From assembly GCA_900314555.1 (NCBI GenBank), contig OMVQ01000113.1:4396-68395 (forward strand): a DNA stretch of 64,000 nt, given 5' to 3'. Both the position numbers and the translations under genes were made by a program. Position 1 is the first letter of the stretch. Each line of letters opens with the position of its first letter. Source of the DNA: an uncultured Eubacteriales bacterium. GTDB lineage: Bacteria > Bacillota > Clostridia > Lachnospirales > Lachnospiraceae. The notes under the pieces were generated by a model. The model had not been told where the DNA came from. It made no database searches and saw nothing but the letters and a program-made list of their open reading frames with translations. Positions 1-8,417 of this stretch are shown in pieces.

Positions 1-12
1 ACTGTTTTTATT

Positions 13-41
13 ATAATAGCATCCAACAATATTTTCGTCAA
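13..41 (-). promoter_or_regulatory. Putative sigma-A promoter firing out of the left edge of the window
   Basis: Minus strand TTGACG-N17-TATTAT, preceded by TGn (extended -10). Confidence 0.45.
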
Positions 42-56
42 TAGTTTTTTCATAAT

Positions 57-169
57 TTTTGCATCTGACACCATTAACTTGCACACAATACATCATAAAT
101 CAAGTGTTTCATAGACGGATATCCCATTTTAAGCATCTGGCATTGAATAACCCACAATAATAAAAAGAG
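57..169 (-). repeat. Family A palindromic element, solo left arm (truncated, inverted copy)
   Basis: 57-107 matches the reverse complement of the copy-3 left arm at 47/51 nt; similarity continues to 169 (copy-3 arm spans about 45882-45996). Confidence 0.85.
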
Positions 170-223
170 AGTGGCTAATCTATACATTAACTAAATAACA
201 TATAGCTTTTAATCACTCTCTTT
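164..223 (-). terminator. Possible terminator/hairpin after the DUF2325 gene
   Basis: AAAGAGAGTG...CACTCTCTTT inverted repeat with a long loop. Confidence 0.4.
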
Positions 224-251
224 ATAATATTAGCAATAATTACTATTTATT

Positions 252-536
252 CTAGAAACCTACTGCCGTATTTAATATTTCATTTAATGCATTTCCACTA
301 CTCGTATGGCATCTTACAACTTCAGCATTACATTTTTCAGCTTCTGTTATTGCACAATGAACCATTTTGTGAGATACAGTGTTTGTAAAAAGTATAATCA
401 GGTCAGGACTTCCTATCTTTGTACTGAGATTACCTGACATTTGTGTAAATACTTTAGCTTTACAATTATGCTCCTTACATATCTTTTTATATTGGCAGAC
501 CATACGGTCATGCCCACCTATTATAACTACACTCAC
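252..536 (-). CDS. DUF2325 domain protein
   Basis: 94 aa; MSVVIIGGHDRM...PDLIILFTNTVSH pattern typical of DUF2325; co-transcribed with flavodoxin. Confidence 0.8.
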   Translation of the reverse strand: MSVVIIGGHDRMVCQYKKICKEHNCKAKVFTQMSGNLSTKIGSPDLIILFTNTVSHKMVHCAITEAEKCNAEVVRCHTSSGNALNEILNTAVGF

Positions 537-550
537 TATAAACCTCCATT

Positions 551-985
551 TTAAACTAATGCAGCTAACTGTTTACCAAGTTCTTCACATTCTGCGATTG
601 CATCAGCATCAGGAGCTTCATTACAGATAAGTCCCTCACCGTTTAATACTGTTGCACCCGCAGCAGTCATTCTGTCTTCCCAGTCTCTCATCCACTGACC
701 GTCACCCCAGCCATATGAACCAAAGAGTGCGATTGTCTTACCATTTACAAAGCCCTCGATATCCTGTACGAATGGTTCCATTTCAGATTCTTCTAAAACT
801 TCAGCTCCCATTGCAGGACAACCCATTGCAAATGCCTTTGCATTCTTAACATCATCTACTGATGCACTGCTTACGAATACAACATTAGCTTCTTTACCTG
901 CATCTGTTATACCTTTTCCAATTGCCTCTGCCATTGCCTGTGTATTTCCTGACTGTGACCAGAATATTACGTCTACTTTACTCAT
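551..985 (-). CDS. Flavodoxin (short-chain)
   Basis: FMN loop SQSGNT, GCPAMG, ALFGSYGWG; start chosen at ATG 985 behind GGAGG. Confidence 0.93.
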   Translation of the reverse strand: MSKVDVIFWSQSGNTQAMAEAIGKGITDAGKEANVVFVSSASVDDVKNAKAFAMGCPAMGAEVLEESEMEPFVQDIEGFVNGKTIALFGSYGWGDGQWMRDWEDRMTAAGATVLNGEGLICNEAPDADAIAECEELGKQLAALV

Positions 986-1017
986 TTTTATGTCCTCCAT
1001 TTTATTTAAAATAATTT

Positions 1018-1611
1018 TTATGTTGCATAAATGTCAATTATATCTGACATACTAAGCCCATTTGAAAGTAAATGAATCAATGTTTCCTCGGCGACTTTAA
1101 ATTTATCAAATAATTTAACTTTGGCTTTCTGGTTCTCGTAGACTTTCCAATATCCGGAATATAAAAAGTTCTTACCATTATTCTCCACAAAACCAACTAC
1201 GTCTTCTACAGGATAACCAAGTAACAATCCCATTTCGTGAGGAAAACTCTTATCGCCCTGCATATATGCCTCATATCTGAGACTAAATGTTCTAAGAATC
1301 TTTCCAATCTGTAACGACTTATAGCCTGCTCTTATAAATACATTTTTAACATTCTCATCTGACAGGAATTCTTCTAATTCATTTCGTCTGAACAGTAAAA
1401 ATGTAGTTTTAGTTCTGGTCTGTATAAGTCTGTAATATGAAATTCCAGTACGATTTAGTATTCGTTTCACAACTTCCTCATTGCCTTTTGGAATAATCAA
1501 AAGATTTGAAACTTTAAGCCCTGTTATAAGCGGTGCACATTGTAATGCAAGCTGGGTTTCAATATTCTCTAAATCCATTCCCTTGACTATCTCGTATATT
1601 TCCTGACTCAT
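1018..1611 (-). CDS. DUF3793 family protein
   Basis: LALQCAP...SNL and FPHEMGLLLGYP motifs; typical neighbour of flavodoxin. Confidence 0.8.
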   Translation of the reverse strand: MSQEIYEIVKGMDLENIETQLALQCAPLITGLKVSNLLIIPKGNEEVVKRILNRTGISYYRLIQTRTKTTFLLFRRNELEEFLSDENVKNVFIRAGYKSLQIGKILRTFSLRYEAYMQGDKSFPHEMGLLLGYPVEDVVGFVENNGKNFLYSGYWKVYENQKAKVKLFDKFKVAEETLIHLLSNGLSMSDIIDIYAT

Positions 1612-1630
1612 AATGCCTCCATATTTCTGT

Positions 1631-1652
1631 TTAGTTAGTTTTATCTAACTAA
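1631..1652. promoter_or_regulatory. Palindromic operator candidate TTAGTTAG-N6-CTAACTAA
   Basis: Perfect 8-bp inverted repeat just downstream of the -10; core GTTAG-N6-CTAAC recurs at 11078 and 11826. Confidence 0.65.
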
Positions 1653-1657
1653 AGTTT

Positions 1658-1686
1658 ATTCTAGCTAATTATTATTTATTCGTCAA
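1658..1686 (-). promoter_or_regulatory. Sigma-A promoter of DUF3793-flavodoxin-DUF2325 operon
   Basis: TTGACG-N17-TAGAAT on minus strand. Confidence 0.6.
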
Positions 1687-1691
1687 GTAGT

Positions 1692-1747
1692 CTAAATGAT
1701 AAGAACTCTCAAAACCATATTCGGTTATGAGAGTTCTTATCATTTAG
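1692..1747 (-). terminator. Terminator hairpin downstream of the P-type ATPase
   Basis: 20-bp perfect stem CTAAATGATAAGAACTCTCA / TGAGAGTTCTTATCATTTAG. Confidence 0.7.
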
Positions 1748-1826
1748 CTTTTTATTCAATTATTTACTTAACTAATGTTAAGTATACTTCAAATTATTCA
1801 ACTATATTCAATATAATTATTTCTTA

Positions 1827-3902
1827 TTAATTCAAAAGATTCTGCATACTCTTAAGACTTATAAGTAATGTTGATGTATTATGGAACAGTGCCGATGTCG
1901 TAGGCTGTATAATTCCACTGACACCTAATAATATAAGTCCGGTATTAAAGCCTACAATATTTCTGTAGTTCTTACTGATTCGTTTCATTAAGCTGTCACT
2001 TAACAGTTTAAGTGTAACAATATTATATAAATCATCAGAACCAATTGTTATATCTGCTATTTCTCTTGCTATCTCTGCTCCATCGCTTATAGCGATACCT
2101 ACATCAGCGGCTGATAATGCCGGAGAATCATTAATGCCGTCTCCAATCATTATTACCTTTCTTGATTTAGCCTTTTCTTTTTCTACGAATTTCGCCTTAT
2201 CTTCCGGAAGCACTTCTGAATAATATTCATCAACGCCAACTTTCTTAGCAATTACTTTGGCGGTTCTGTCACTGTCACCCGTCATCATTACGATTTTGCT
2301 GATTCCTGCTCTTCTAAGTGAATTAATAACTGCTTCTGCCTCTTCCCTTAACGGATCCTCGATACAGATTACGGCAGCTAAACTGTCACCTATTGCAAGA
2401 TAGAGATGTGAATATTCATTTGGTAAATTCTTGAATAATTCTTCCTTACCCTCTGGAACAACACATTTTTCATCTTCAAATACGAAATGATAACTTCCGA
2501 TAATAACTTTCTTATCATTTATCTTAGTTGAAATTCCATGTGCTACAACATATTCAACCTTAGAATGCATCTCTTCATGGTCAAGCTTCTTAGCTCTTGC
2601 TGCATCTACAACCGCATTTGCCATCGAATGTGGGAAATGCTCTTCTAAGCAGGCTGCAATTCTTAATAATTCATCCGGCTCATAGCCATTGAACGAAATA
2701 ACCTTTGCTACAGTAGGCTGTGCTTTAGTAAGTGTTCCTGTCTTATCAAATACTATAGTATCTGCATTAGCTACTGCTTCTAGGAATTTACCACCCTTGA
2801 CAGTTATATTATGCATACTTGCTTCCCTGATTGCAGAAAGTACTGAAATAGGCATAGCTAACTTAAGTGCACATGAGAAATCTACCATCAATACGGACAA
2901 TGCTTTTGTTACATTTCTGCTTAAGAGATATGTAATTCCTGTTCCTGCTAAAGTATATGGAACAAGCTTATCTGCTATATGTTCTGCCTTACTTTCAAGT
3001 GCAGATTTAAGTTTCTCTGATTCTTCAATCATTGTCACTATCTTCTCAAACTTGCTAGAACCACCTGTTTCTTTAACTTTAACGGTAATTTCTCCCTCTT
3101 CCACAACTGTTCCTGCATATACGTAACTGTTTTCACACTTTCGTACAGGTGCAGACTCACCGGTAAGCGATGCCTGGTTAACCATAGCCTCACCGTCAGT
3201 TACCTGACCATCGAATGGAATTATCTTGCCCATTCTTACAACCACTTTGTCTCCGACTTCTATCTCTGAAGATGGAACTAACACTTCATTATCATCTTTA
3301 ACCAGCCATACTTTACCGACATTTAAAGACATAGTTCTTGCTAAATCATCTACTGACTTTTTATGAGTCCATTCCTCTAGAAGTTCACCGATTCCAAGTA
3401 AGAACATTACAGAACCTGCTGTCTCAAAATCACTTCTGATAACAGATACACCGATTGCAGTTGCATCTAATACAGGTACTTCAATCTTTCTATGCCATAA
3501 GCAGTTAAGTCCCTTGCAAATGTATTTAACAGACTTAACGGTTGTAACACACGCTCTTACAGGATATGACAGAAATAATTTGCCTGCATATCTGAAAATA
3601 ACTTTATTAACTAATTTTTCCTGATATTTAGCATTCAATTCTCTTCCTGAATTCTCAACTAATCCTGTAGGCACTTCCACTTCATCATATCTGAAGTGTT
3701 TAAGAAGTGTAATTATCTCTTCTCTGTCTCCTATATAATTAATTGTGGCATCAGAAGTTCTATCGTACACTTTTGCAAATGTGACATATTTATTATTATT
3801 TAAGTAAAAAGCTAATATATCAGCCTGTGCATAAGTCATCTTATTCTGAATTATGTGTACTCTTATACGACCTTTTATTTCATGCTTAATAATAAATTTC
3901 AA
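1827..3902 (-). CDS. Heavy-metal translocating P1B-type ATPase (SCA motif subclass)
   Basis: SLTGES actuator, DFSCA in place of CPC, DKTGT phosphorylation site, GDGIND hinge. Confidence 0.93.
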   Translation of the reverse strand: MKFIIKHEIKGRIRVHIIQNKMTYAQADILAFYLNNNKYVTFAKVYDRTSDATINYIGDREEIITLLKHFRYDEVEVPTGLVENSGRELNAKYQEKLVNKVIFRYAGKLFLSYPVRACVTTVKSVKYICKGLNCLWHRKIEVPVLDATAIGVSVIRSDFETAGSVMFLLGIGELLEEWTHKKSVDDLARTMSLNVGKVWLVKDDNEVLVPSSEIEVGDKVVVRMGKIIPFDGQVTDGEAMVNQASLTGESAPVRKCENSYVYAGTVVEEGEITVKVKETGGSSKFEKIVTMIEESEKLKSALESKAEHIADKLVPYTLAGTGITYLLSRNVTKALSVLMVDFSCALKLAMPISVLSAIREASMHNITVKGGKFLEAVANADTIVFDKTGTLTKAQPTVAKVISFNGYEPDELLRIAACLEEHFPHSMANAVVDAARAKKLDHEEMHSKVEYVVAHGISTKINDKKVIIGSYHFVFEDEKCVVPEGKEELFKNLPNEYSHLYLAIGDSLAAVICIEDPLREEAEAVINSLRRAGISKIVMMTGDSDRTAKVIAKKVGVDEYYSEVLPEDKAKFVEKEKAKSRKVIMIGDGINDSPALSAADVGIAISDGAEIAREIADITIGSDDLYNIVTLKLLSDSLMKRISKNYRNIVGFNTGLILLGVSGIIQPTTSALFHNTSTLLISLKSMQNLLN

Positions 3903-3924
3903 TGTTTAAACCTCTTAAGAAATA

Positions 3925-4260
3925 CTATTCTGCTTCAGTCTGTGCAGTTTCTTCGCTTTCTTTTTCTGTTACATCTTCTGTTGTATTATCAACTGCTTCG
4001 TCTTCTACAACTGCTTCACTTGCAGCTCTTTCTTCGTTAATAATCTTTGCTTCTGCTAAGATATCCTCTGCATTCTCCTGAATATTAGTTGTAACTTTCA
4101 TTACAGTTTCTTTAGCTCTTAAAACTGCTGCTGTACAGTTAGTATATAGTTTTTTAGCATCTTTGCTTGAAAGAATCTTAATTCCTGCTGTACCGAATAA
4201 TACGCCTGATGCAAATATTCCTGTCTTCTTTAAATCGATTTTTGATAATTTCTTTAACAT
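3925..4260 (-). CDS. DUF6110-like small protein preceding the P-type ATPase
   Basis: 111 aa; GIFASGVLFGTAGIKILSSKDAKK segment and acidic tail; good SD. Confidence 0.65.
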   Translation of the reverse strand: MLKKLSKIDLKKTGIFASGVLFGTAGIKILSSKDAKKLYTNCTAAVLRAKETVMKVTTNIQENAEDILAEAKIINEERAASEAVVEDEAVDNTTEDVTEKESEETAQTEAE

Positions 4261-4370
4261 AATAGTCCTCCATTCTGCAGATACAACATATTAGAATACT
4301 ACCGACTAATTCATAATAATCAATCTTATATTATTCTATATTTTACCGTTCTGCTAATAATATATTGTTT

Positions 4371-4416
4371 ATAATGTAATTAAAGACCATCATCTGGTCT
4401 TTAATCGTTACATTAT
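4371..4416. terminator. Stem-loop downstream of the ABC permease
   Basis: ATAATGTAA-TTAAAGACCA / TGGTCTTTAA-tcg-TTACATTAT. Confidence 0.45.
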
Positions 4417-4540
4417 TTTATAATATATTTTATCATTTTTTTCAAGTTCTCTTCGACACTATTCAAACAAATTTCATATATTTTCCGCCCTATTGATAAA
4501 CTTTATCAACAGGGCAGCTATTATGATATATTATACTTCT

Positions 4541-6808
4541 TTATTCTACATTTTTAAGTGCTTCATCCATTGGAACCTTCTTAATCTTTCTATACTGTAA
4601 CATTGCTACAACAGCATATGATATAATTCCAATTACAAACATCTGAGGATATATCTTAGGTTCGATATAAAGCTTTATCCAGCCTGTCAATGATGACATC
4701 ATACTTCTATATAATACCCTTAATATATATGTCGATAATACCATACCAATAATCATTGAGATAACTATCACAATTGATGTTGACAGAATATACAAGCCTG
4801 CTATTTCCCTGTTTTCATAACCTAATATCTTAACCATCGAGATAGATGTCGCATTCTTCTCGATTATAATCTTAGTCAGAAGATAAATCAGAAGAATAAA
4901 TAATATGATTGCAAATATATTGATTAAGTTAAACATCTCTCCCATTGAAACTTTTAACTGTCTTGACACCTTAGTTAAGTCATCTTCAGTAATCTTTGTA
5001 AGCACATAATTATCATCTATATCTGTTAACTCTTCATTAGAGAAATATCCATTGAAGTATCCGTCCTGAACTTCGAATAATTCCCTGTAATAATCCTCAT
5101 TCATAAATACAGCTAAAGACGATGGATATGTATAGATTCCTTTTATCTTAAATTCGTATTTTTTACCACTGTATTTATTATGCAATTTGAATTTATCACC
5201 CTTTTTAAGTAAATATTTATCAGCAAATGAATCAGAAATATATACTTCATCACCACTTAACTTAAGGTCAATGTATTTACTGTTTTCATTAATTCCATAG
5301 ATACCTACTCCTTCATCACTAAACTTCTTTGATGAAATCTCAAGTGATGTATAACAATATTTTTCAGCATTTTCATTTTCAGTTTCAACAGGTGCTTTAA
5401 GTACATATTGATATTCAGAAATCATATTATCAAGTGTTTCTTTCTGGAAATGTGTTAAAAGAGGACTCATCCCCATGCCAAATATCAATAATACATATGC
5501 AAATAATATTCCGACAAAGAGTGTAACATAGCTTGGTATGTTCTGAAATATTATTCTAAGTCTGAATCTGTGAAGAAACTTAAAACGAGGTAAACGTACT
5601 GCTTTCTTCTTCTTAGACTTGGATAAGTCATGTCTTAAGAATTTAAGTGGTGAAAGCTTAAGTTTCACAGAAATAAGTAGCATATTTATTACAATCATTA
5701 TAATTAAAGGTATTATTGTTGTCAGAACAAATGCTTCTGCATTCCATATTGTCTTATAGGTTGGAAGGCTGTAACTTCCATAATACATTGCTGCCATTAT
5801 GTTTTTAAATAATGTATAACCAAGTATATTACCGATTACAGCAGCTATAAGCGTTGTTATAACAGGTAATGATATGTAATGTCTTAACAATTCACCTCTT
5901 GTATATCCGGAAGCTCGTAAAGTACCTATTACCGTAGCTTCTTTAGTAATTGTATTATTAGTAGTTACTGCGAATACAAATGCCAAAATCACTATAAGAA
6001 TATATAGAAGCATAATCATCATTGCCTGATCGCTCCCCATATCTTCTCCGGTAAACTGTATTGCCTGATTACCATATCTTGGTATATATTTGATAATTGT
6101 TGCACTACTGTTTAATTCCTTCATAAAACCGTCTGATAACTTCTTTTCCTCTGTATCATTTTCCGGTTTATCATCATATATCCATGAATAATCATAATGT
6201 ACTTTTACATTATCAAACGCTTCATATCCCTCTTTAGTAACAATTGCAACACCGAATTTAATCGCATCAAACATTACATCTCCGTTATCAGAGAATAATG
6301 CACTGTAGTCTGATAATGCCACAAGACCTGTAACTTTAAGCTTTCTTCCTGCTACTTCTATCTTATCACCTACAGATACCTTGTTATTATCGGCATACAT
6401 TCTGTCTATTGCAATTTCATCAATATTTTCAGGCATCTTACCTTTCATAAGGCATACCTTATTAACTTCTTCTCTGTTCTTAAAGATTCTGAGTGTACTG
6501 TCAATTTCTCCATTCAGGTTATTATCTGAATCACACTCAATATAGTTATTATCATAAATTGCTACCCCATAGCTTTCTAATGAAGATATCAATTTATCAT
6601 CAGCTTTTTCCATAAGTTCAAAGTTGCCATCTTCAATATTATACTTATCAAAGCTTTCATCATAAGCTTTTATCATACTTGAATCTGCCACTAAAAATCC
6701 GGATATAAGACCAATTGTAATAGTCATAAATAAGAAAATAACTAAATATTTTCCGATTTCACCCACAAATTCTTTTGGCAGTCTTTTGCGTAATGGATTT
6801 TTCATCAT
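4541..6808 (-). CDS. ABC transporter permease, FtsX/MacB-like (two FtsX domains)
   Basis: 755 aa; two hydrophobic clusters each followed by IGTLRASGY / ISMVKILGY motifs. Confidence 0.88.
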   Translation of the reverse strand: MMKNPLRKRLPKEFVGEIGKYLVIFLFMTITIGLISGFLVADSSMIKAYDESFDKYNIEDGNFELMEKADDKLISSLESYGVAIYDNNYIECDSDNNLNGEIDSTLRIFKNREEVNKVCLMKGKMPENIDEIAIDRMYADNNKVSVGDKIEVAGRKLKVTGLVALSDYSALFSDNGDVMFDAIKFGVAIVTKEGYEAFDNVKVHYDYSWIYDDKPENDTEEKKLSDGFMKELNSSATIIKYIPRYGNQAIQFTGEDMGSDQAMMIMLLYILIVILAFVFAVTTNNTITKEATVIGTLRASGYTRGELLRHYISLPVITTLIAAVIGNILGYTLFKNIMAAMYYGSYSLPTYKTIWNAEAFVLTTIIPLIIMIVINMLLISVKLKLSPLKFLRHDLSKSKKKKAVRLPRFKFLHRFRLRIIFQNIPSYVTLFVGILFAYVLLIFGMGMSPLLTHFQKETLDNMISEYQYVLKAPVETENENAEKYCYTSLEISSKKFSDEGVGIYGINENSKYIDLKLSGDEVYISDSFADKYLLKKGDKFKLHNKYSGKKYEFKIKGIYTYPSSLAVFMNEDYYRELFEVQDGYFNGYFSNEELTDIDDNYVLTKITEDDLTKVSRQLKVSMGEMFNLINIFAIILFILLIYLLTKIIIEKNATSISMVKILGYENREIAGLYILSTSIVIVISMIIGMVLSTYILRVLYRSMMSSLTGWIKLYIEPKIYPQMFVIGIISYAVVAMLQYRKIKKVPMDEALKNVE

Positions 6809-6879
6809 ATCTTTCCTTTCCGAAATTAAGTCTTTTTCTTAACTTATTTTTCATAGTTCAACCTGACACTATAAATTAA

Positions 6880-7578
6880 TTACCAGTCAAGCTCGCTTGC
6901 AGATATCTTTTCTTCATTTATATAAGTCTTTCGAATCTGTCCATCTCTAAGTTTTACTACTCTGTCTGCCATATTTTTAATTGCATCATTGTGAGTTACC
7001 ATTATTACAGTTGTACCATACTTATGACTTACTTCCTCGATAAGTTTAAGTATCTCCTTAGATGTGTTATAGTCTAATGCTCCGGTTGGTTCATCACATA
7101 ACAGAATATCGGGGTTTTTGACAATTGCACGACCTATTGAAGTTCTCTGCTGCTGCCCACCTGATAACTGGTTAGGAAGTTTGTGTCTGTGTTCATAGAG
7201 TCCTAACGTCTTAAGCAAATCATCAATATCTAAAGGATTATCACTAAGATATGCACCTACCTCGATATTCTCTTTAACATTAAGGTTAGGAATGAGATTG
7301 TACATCTGGAAAATATATCCTAAATGCTTACGTCTGTATTTAGTAAGAGTTTTCTCATCCATATCCTTTATCTTCTCACCATCTATTGAGATATATCCAC
7401 TGTCAGCACCATCTATTCCACCGATTATATTAAGTAGTGTAGACTTACCTGAACCGGATGGTCCTAACAATACACAAAACTCACCTTTATTTACTTCAAA
7501 GTTAATTCCCTTTAAAACCTCTGTTTTATTAGAATCAGTTCCAAAACTTTTTTTCAAATCTTTTATCTCTAAAAACAT
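6880..7578 (-). CDS. ABC transporter ATP-binding protein (LolD/MacB-like)
   Basis: Walker A GPSGSGKS, LSGGQQQR signature, LLCDEPT, H-loop VTHN. Confidence 0.95.
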   Translation of the reverse strand: MFLEIKDLKKSFGTDSNKTEVLKGINFEVNKGEFCVLLGPSGSGKSTLLNIIGGIDGADSGYISIDGEKIKDMDEKTLTKYRRKHLGYIFQMYNLIPNLNVKENIEVGAYLSDNPLDIDDLLKTLGLYEHRHKLPNQLSGGQQQRTSIGRAIVKNPDILLCDEPTGALDYNTSKEILKLIEEVSHKYGTTVIMVTHNDAIKNMADRVVKLRDGQIRKTYINEEKISASELDW

Positions 7579-7619
7579 TTCTTTACCTCACTTTCATATG
7601 AATGTCTGTTCATATGTGT

Positions 7620-7648
7620 ATACTATCATCTTATTTTTCCATTGTCAA
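7620..7648 (-). promoter_or_regulatory. Sigma-A promoter of the ABC transporter pair
   Basis: TTGACA-N17-TAGTAT on minus strand. Confidence 0.6.
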
Positions 7649-7652
7649 TCAA

Positions 7653-7689
7653 AAAAGAGATGTTGATATTTTTTATAAACATCTCTTTT
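7653..7689 (-). terminator. Rho-independent terminator after the Fur-like gene
   Basis: AAAAGAGATGTT / AACATCTCTTTT stem with U-tract on minus strand. Confidence 0.7.
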
Positions 7690-7692
7690 GTT

Positions 7693-8163
7693 TTAATCAC
7701 ATATACAAGGCTGAACCTCAACACTTTGTATATTCTGATTATTAATAATGTATCCGCATGCTTTAAGACCTTCTAAGATAACCTTGTTCCATTTATTTGC
7801 CGACAAATGATGTGTTGTATCATCATCTAATTTAATAACACACGCATCTTTTACTTCGCACGTCGAACCACACGCAATTTTATACATATTTTTTCTGCTT
7901 ATGGCGCCAATTTCTTCAAGGGTATTAACCATTCGGTATACAGTTGCAGTTCCTATAGATGGTTCTATCTTTGATGCCTGATAATATATTTCTTTACAGC
8001 ATGAGCAATCTTCATTTAATATAATATCCAATAAAATCAATCTCTGTTTAGTAATTCTACAACCGCGTTCTTTTAAACGATCTATCACAATTTCTCTTTG
8101 CATTTCTGTTCTGAGATAATTCTGTGAATCATTTTTATTTACTACCTGATTACATTTCTCCAT
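7693..8163 (-). CDS. Fur-family (truncated-type) transcriptional regulator
   Basis: Fur winged-HTH LKERGCRITKQR...IGTATVYR; Cys-rich; lacks the usual His-rich metal motif. Confidence 0.75.
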   Translation of the reverse strand: MEKCNQVVNKNDSQNYLRTEMQREIVIDRLKERGCRITKQRLILLDIILNEDCSCCKEIYYQASKIEPSIGTATVYRMVNTLEEIGAISRKNMYKIACGSTCEVKDACVIKLDDDTTHHLSANKWNKVILEGLKACGYIINNQNIQSVEVQPCICD

Positions 8164-8207
8164 TCCGGTTAATCTCCTTTCCCTATAGTTTAGTCATAGA
8201 CATTTTC

Positions 8208-8345
8208 TTAATGGCAATGACCTCCACAATGCTTGCAGTCGCCTCCACATTGTATTGACTTACCATTTTTCTTATCTCTAACCATACTATAAATGATTAA
8301 TCCAACTATTACTGCTAAAATAACTGCTACAAGAATTGTTCCCAT
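8208..8345 (-). CDS. FeoB-associated Cys-rich membrane protein
   Basis: 45 aa; one TM helix then CGGDCKHCGGHCH; start ATG 8345 behind GGAGG. Confidence 0.85.
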   Translation of the reverse strand: MGTILVAVILAVIVGLIIYSMVRDKKNGKSIQCGGDCKHCGGHCH

Positions 8346-8417
8346 AATTTCCTCCAATCCGAAGTTTACTAACTTCGAAAAAGCACACATTTACATTTTA
8401 CAATCTGTTTAATCTTA

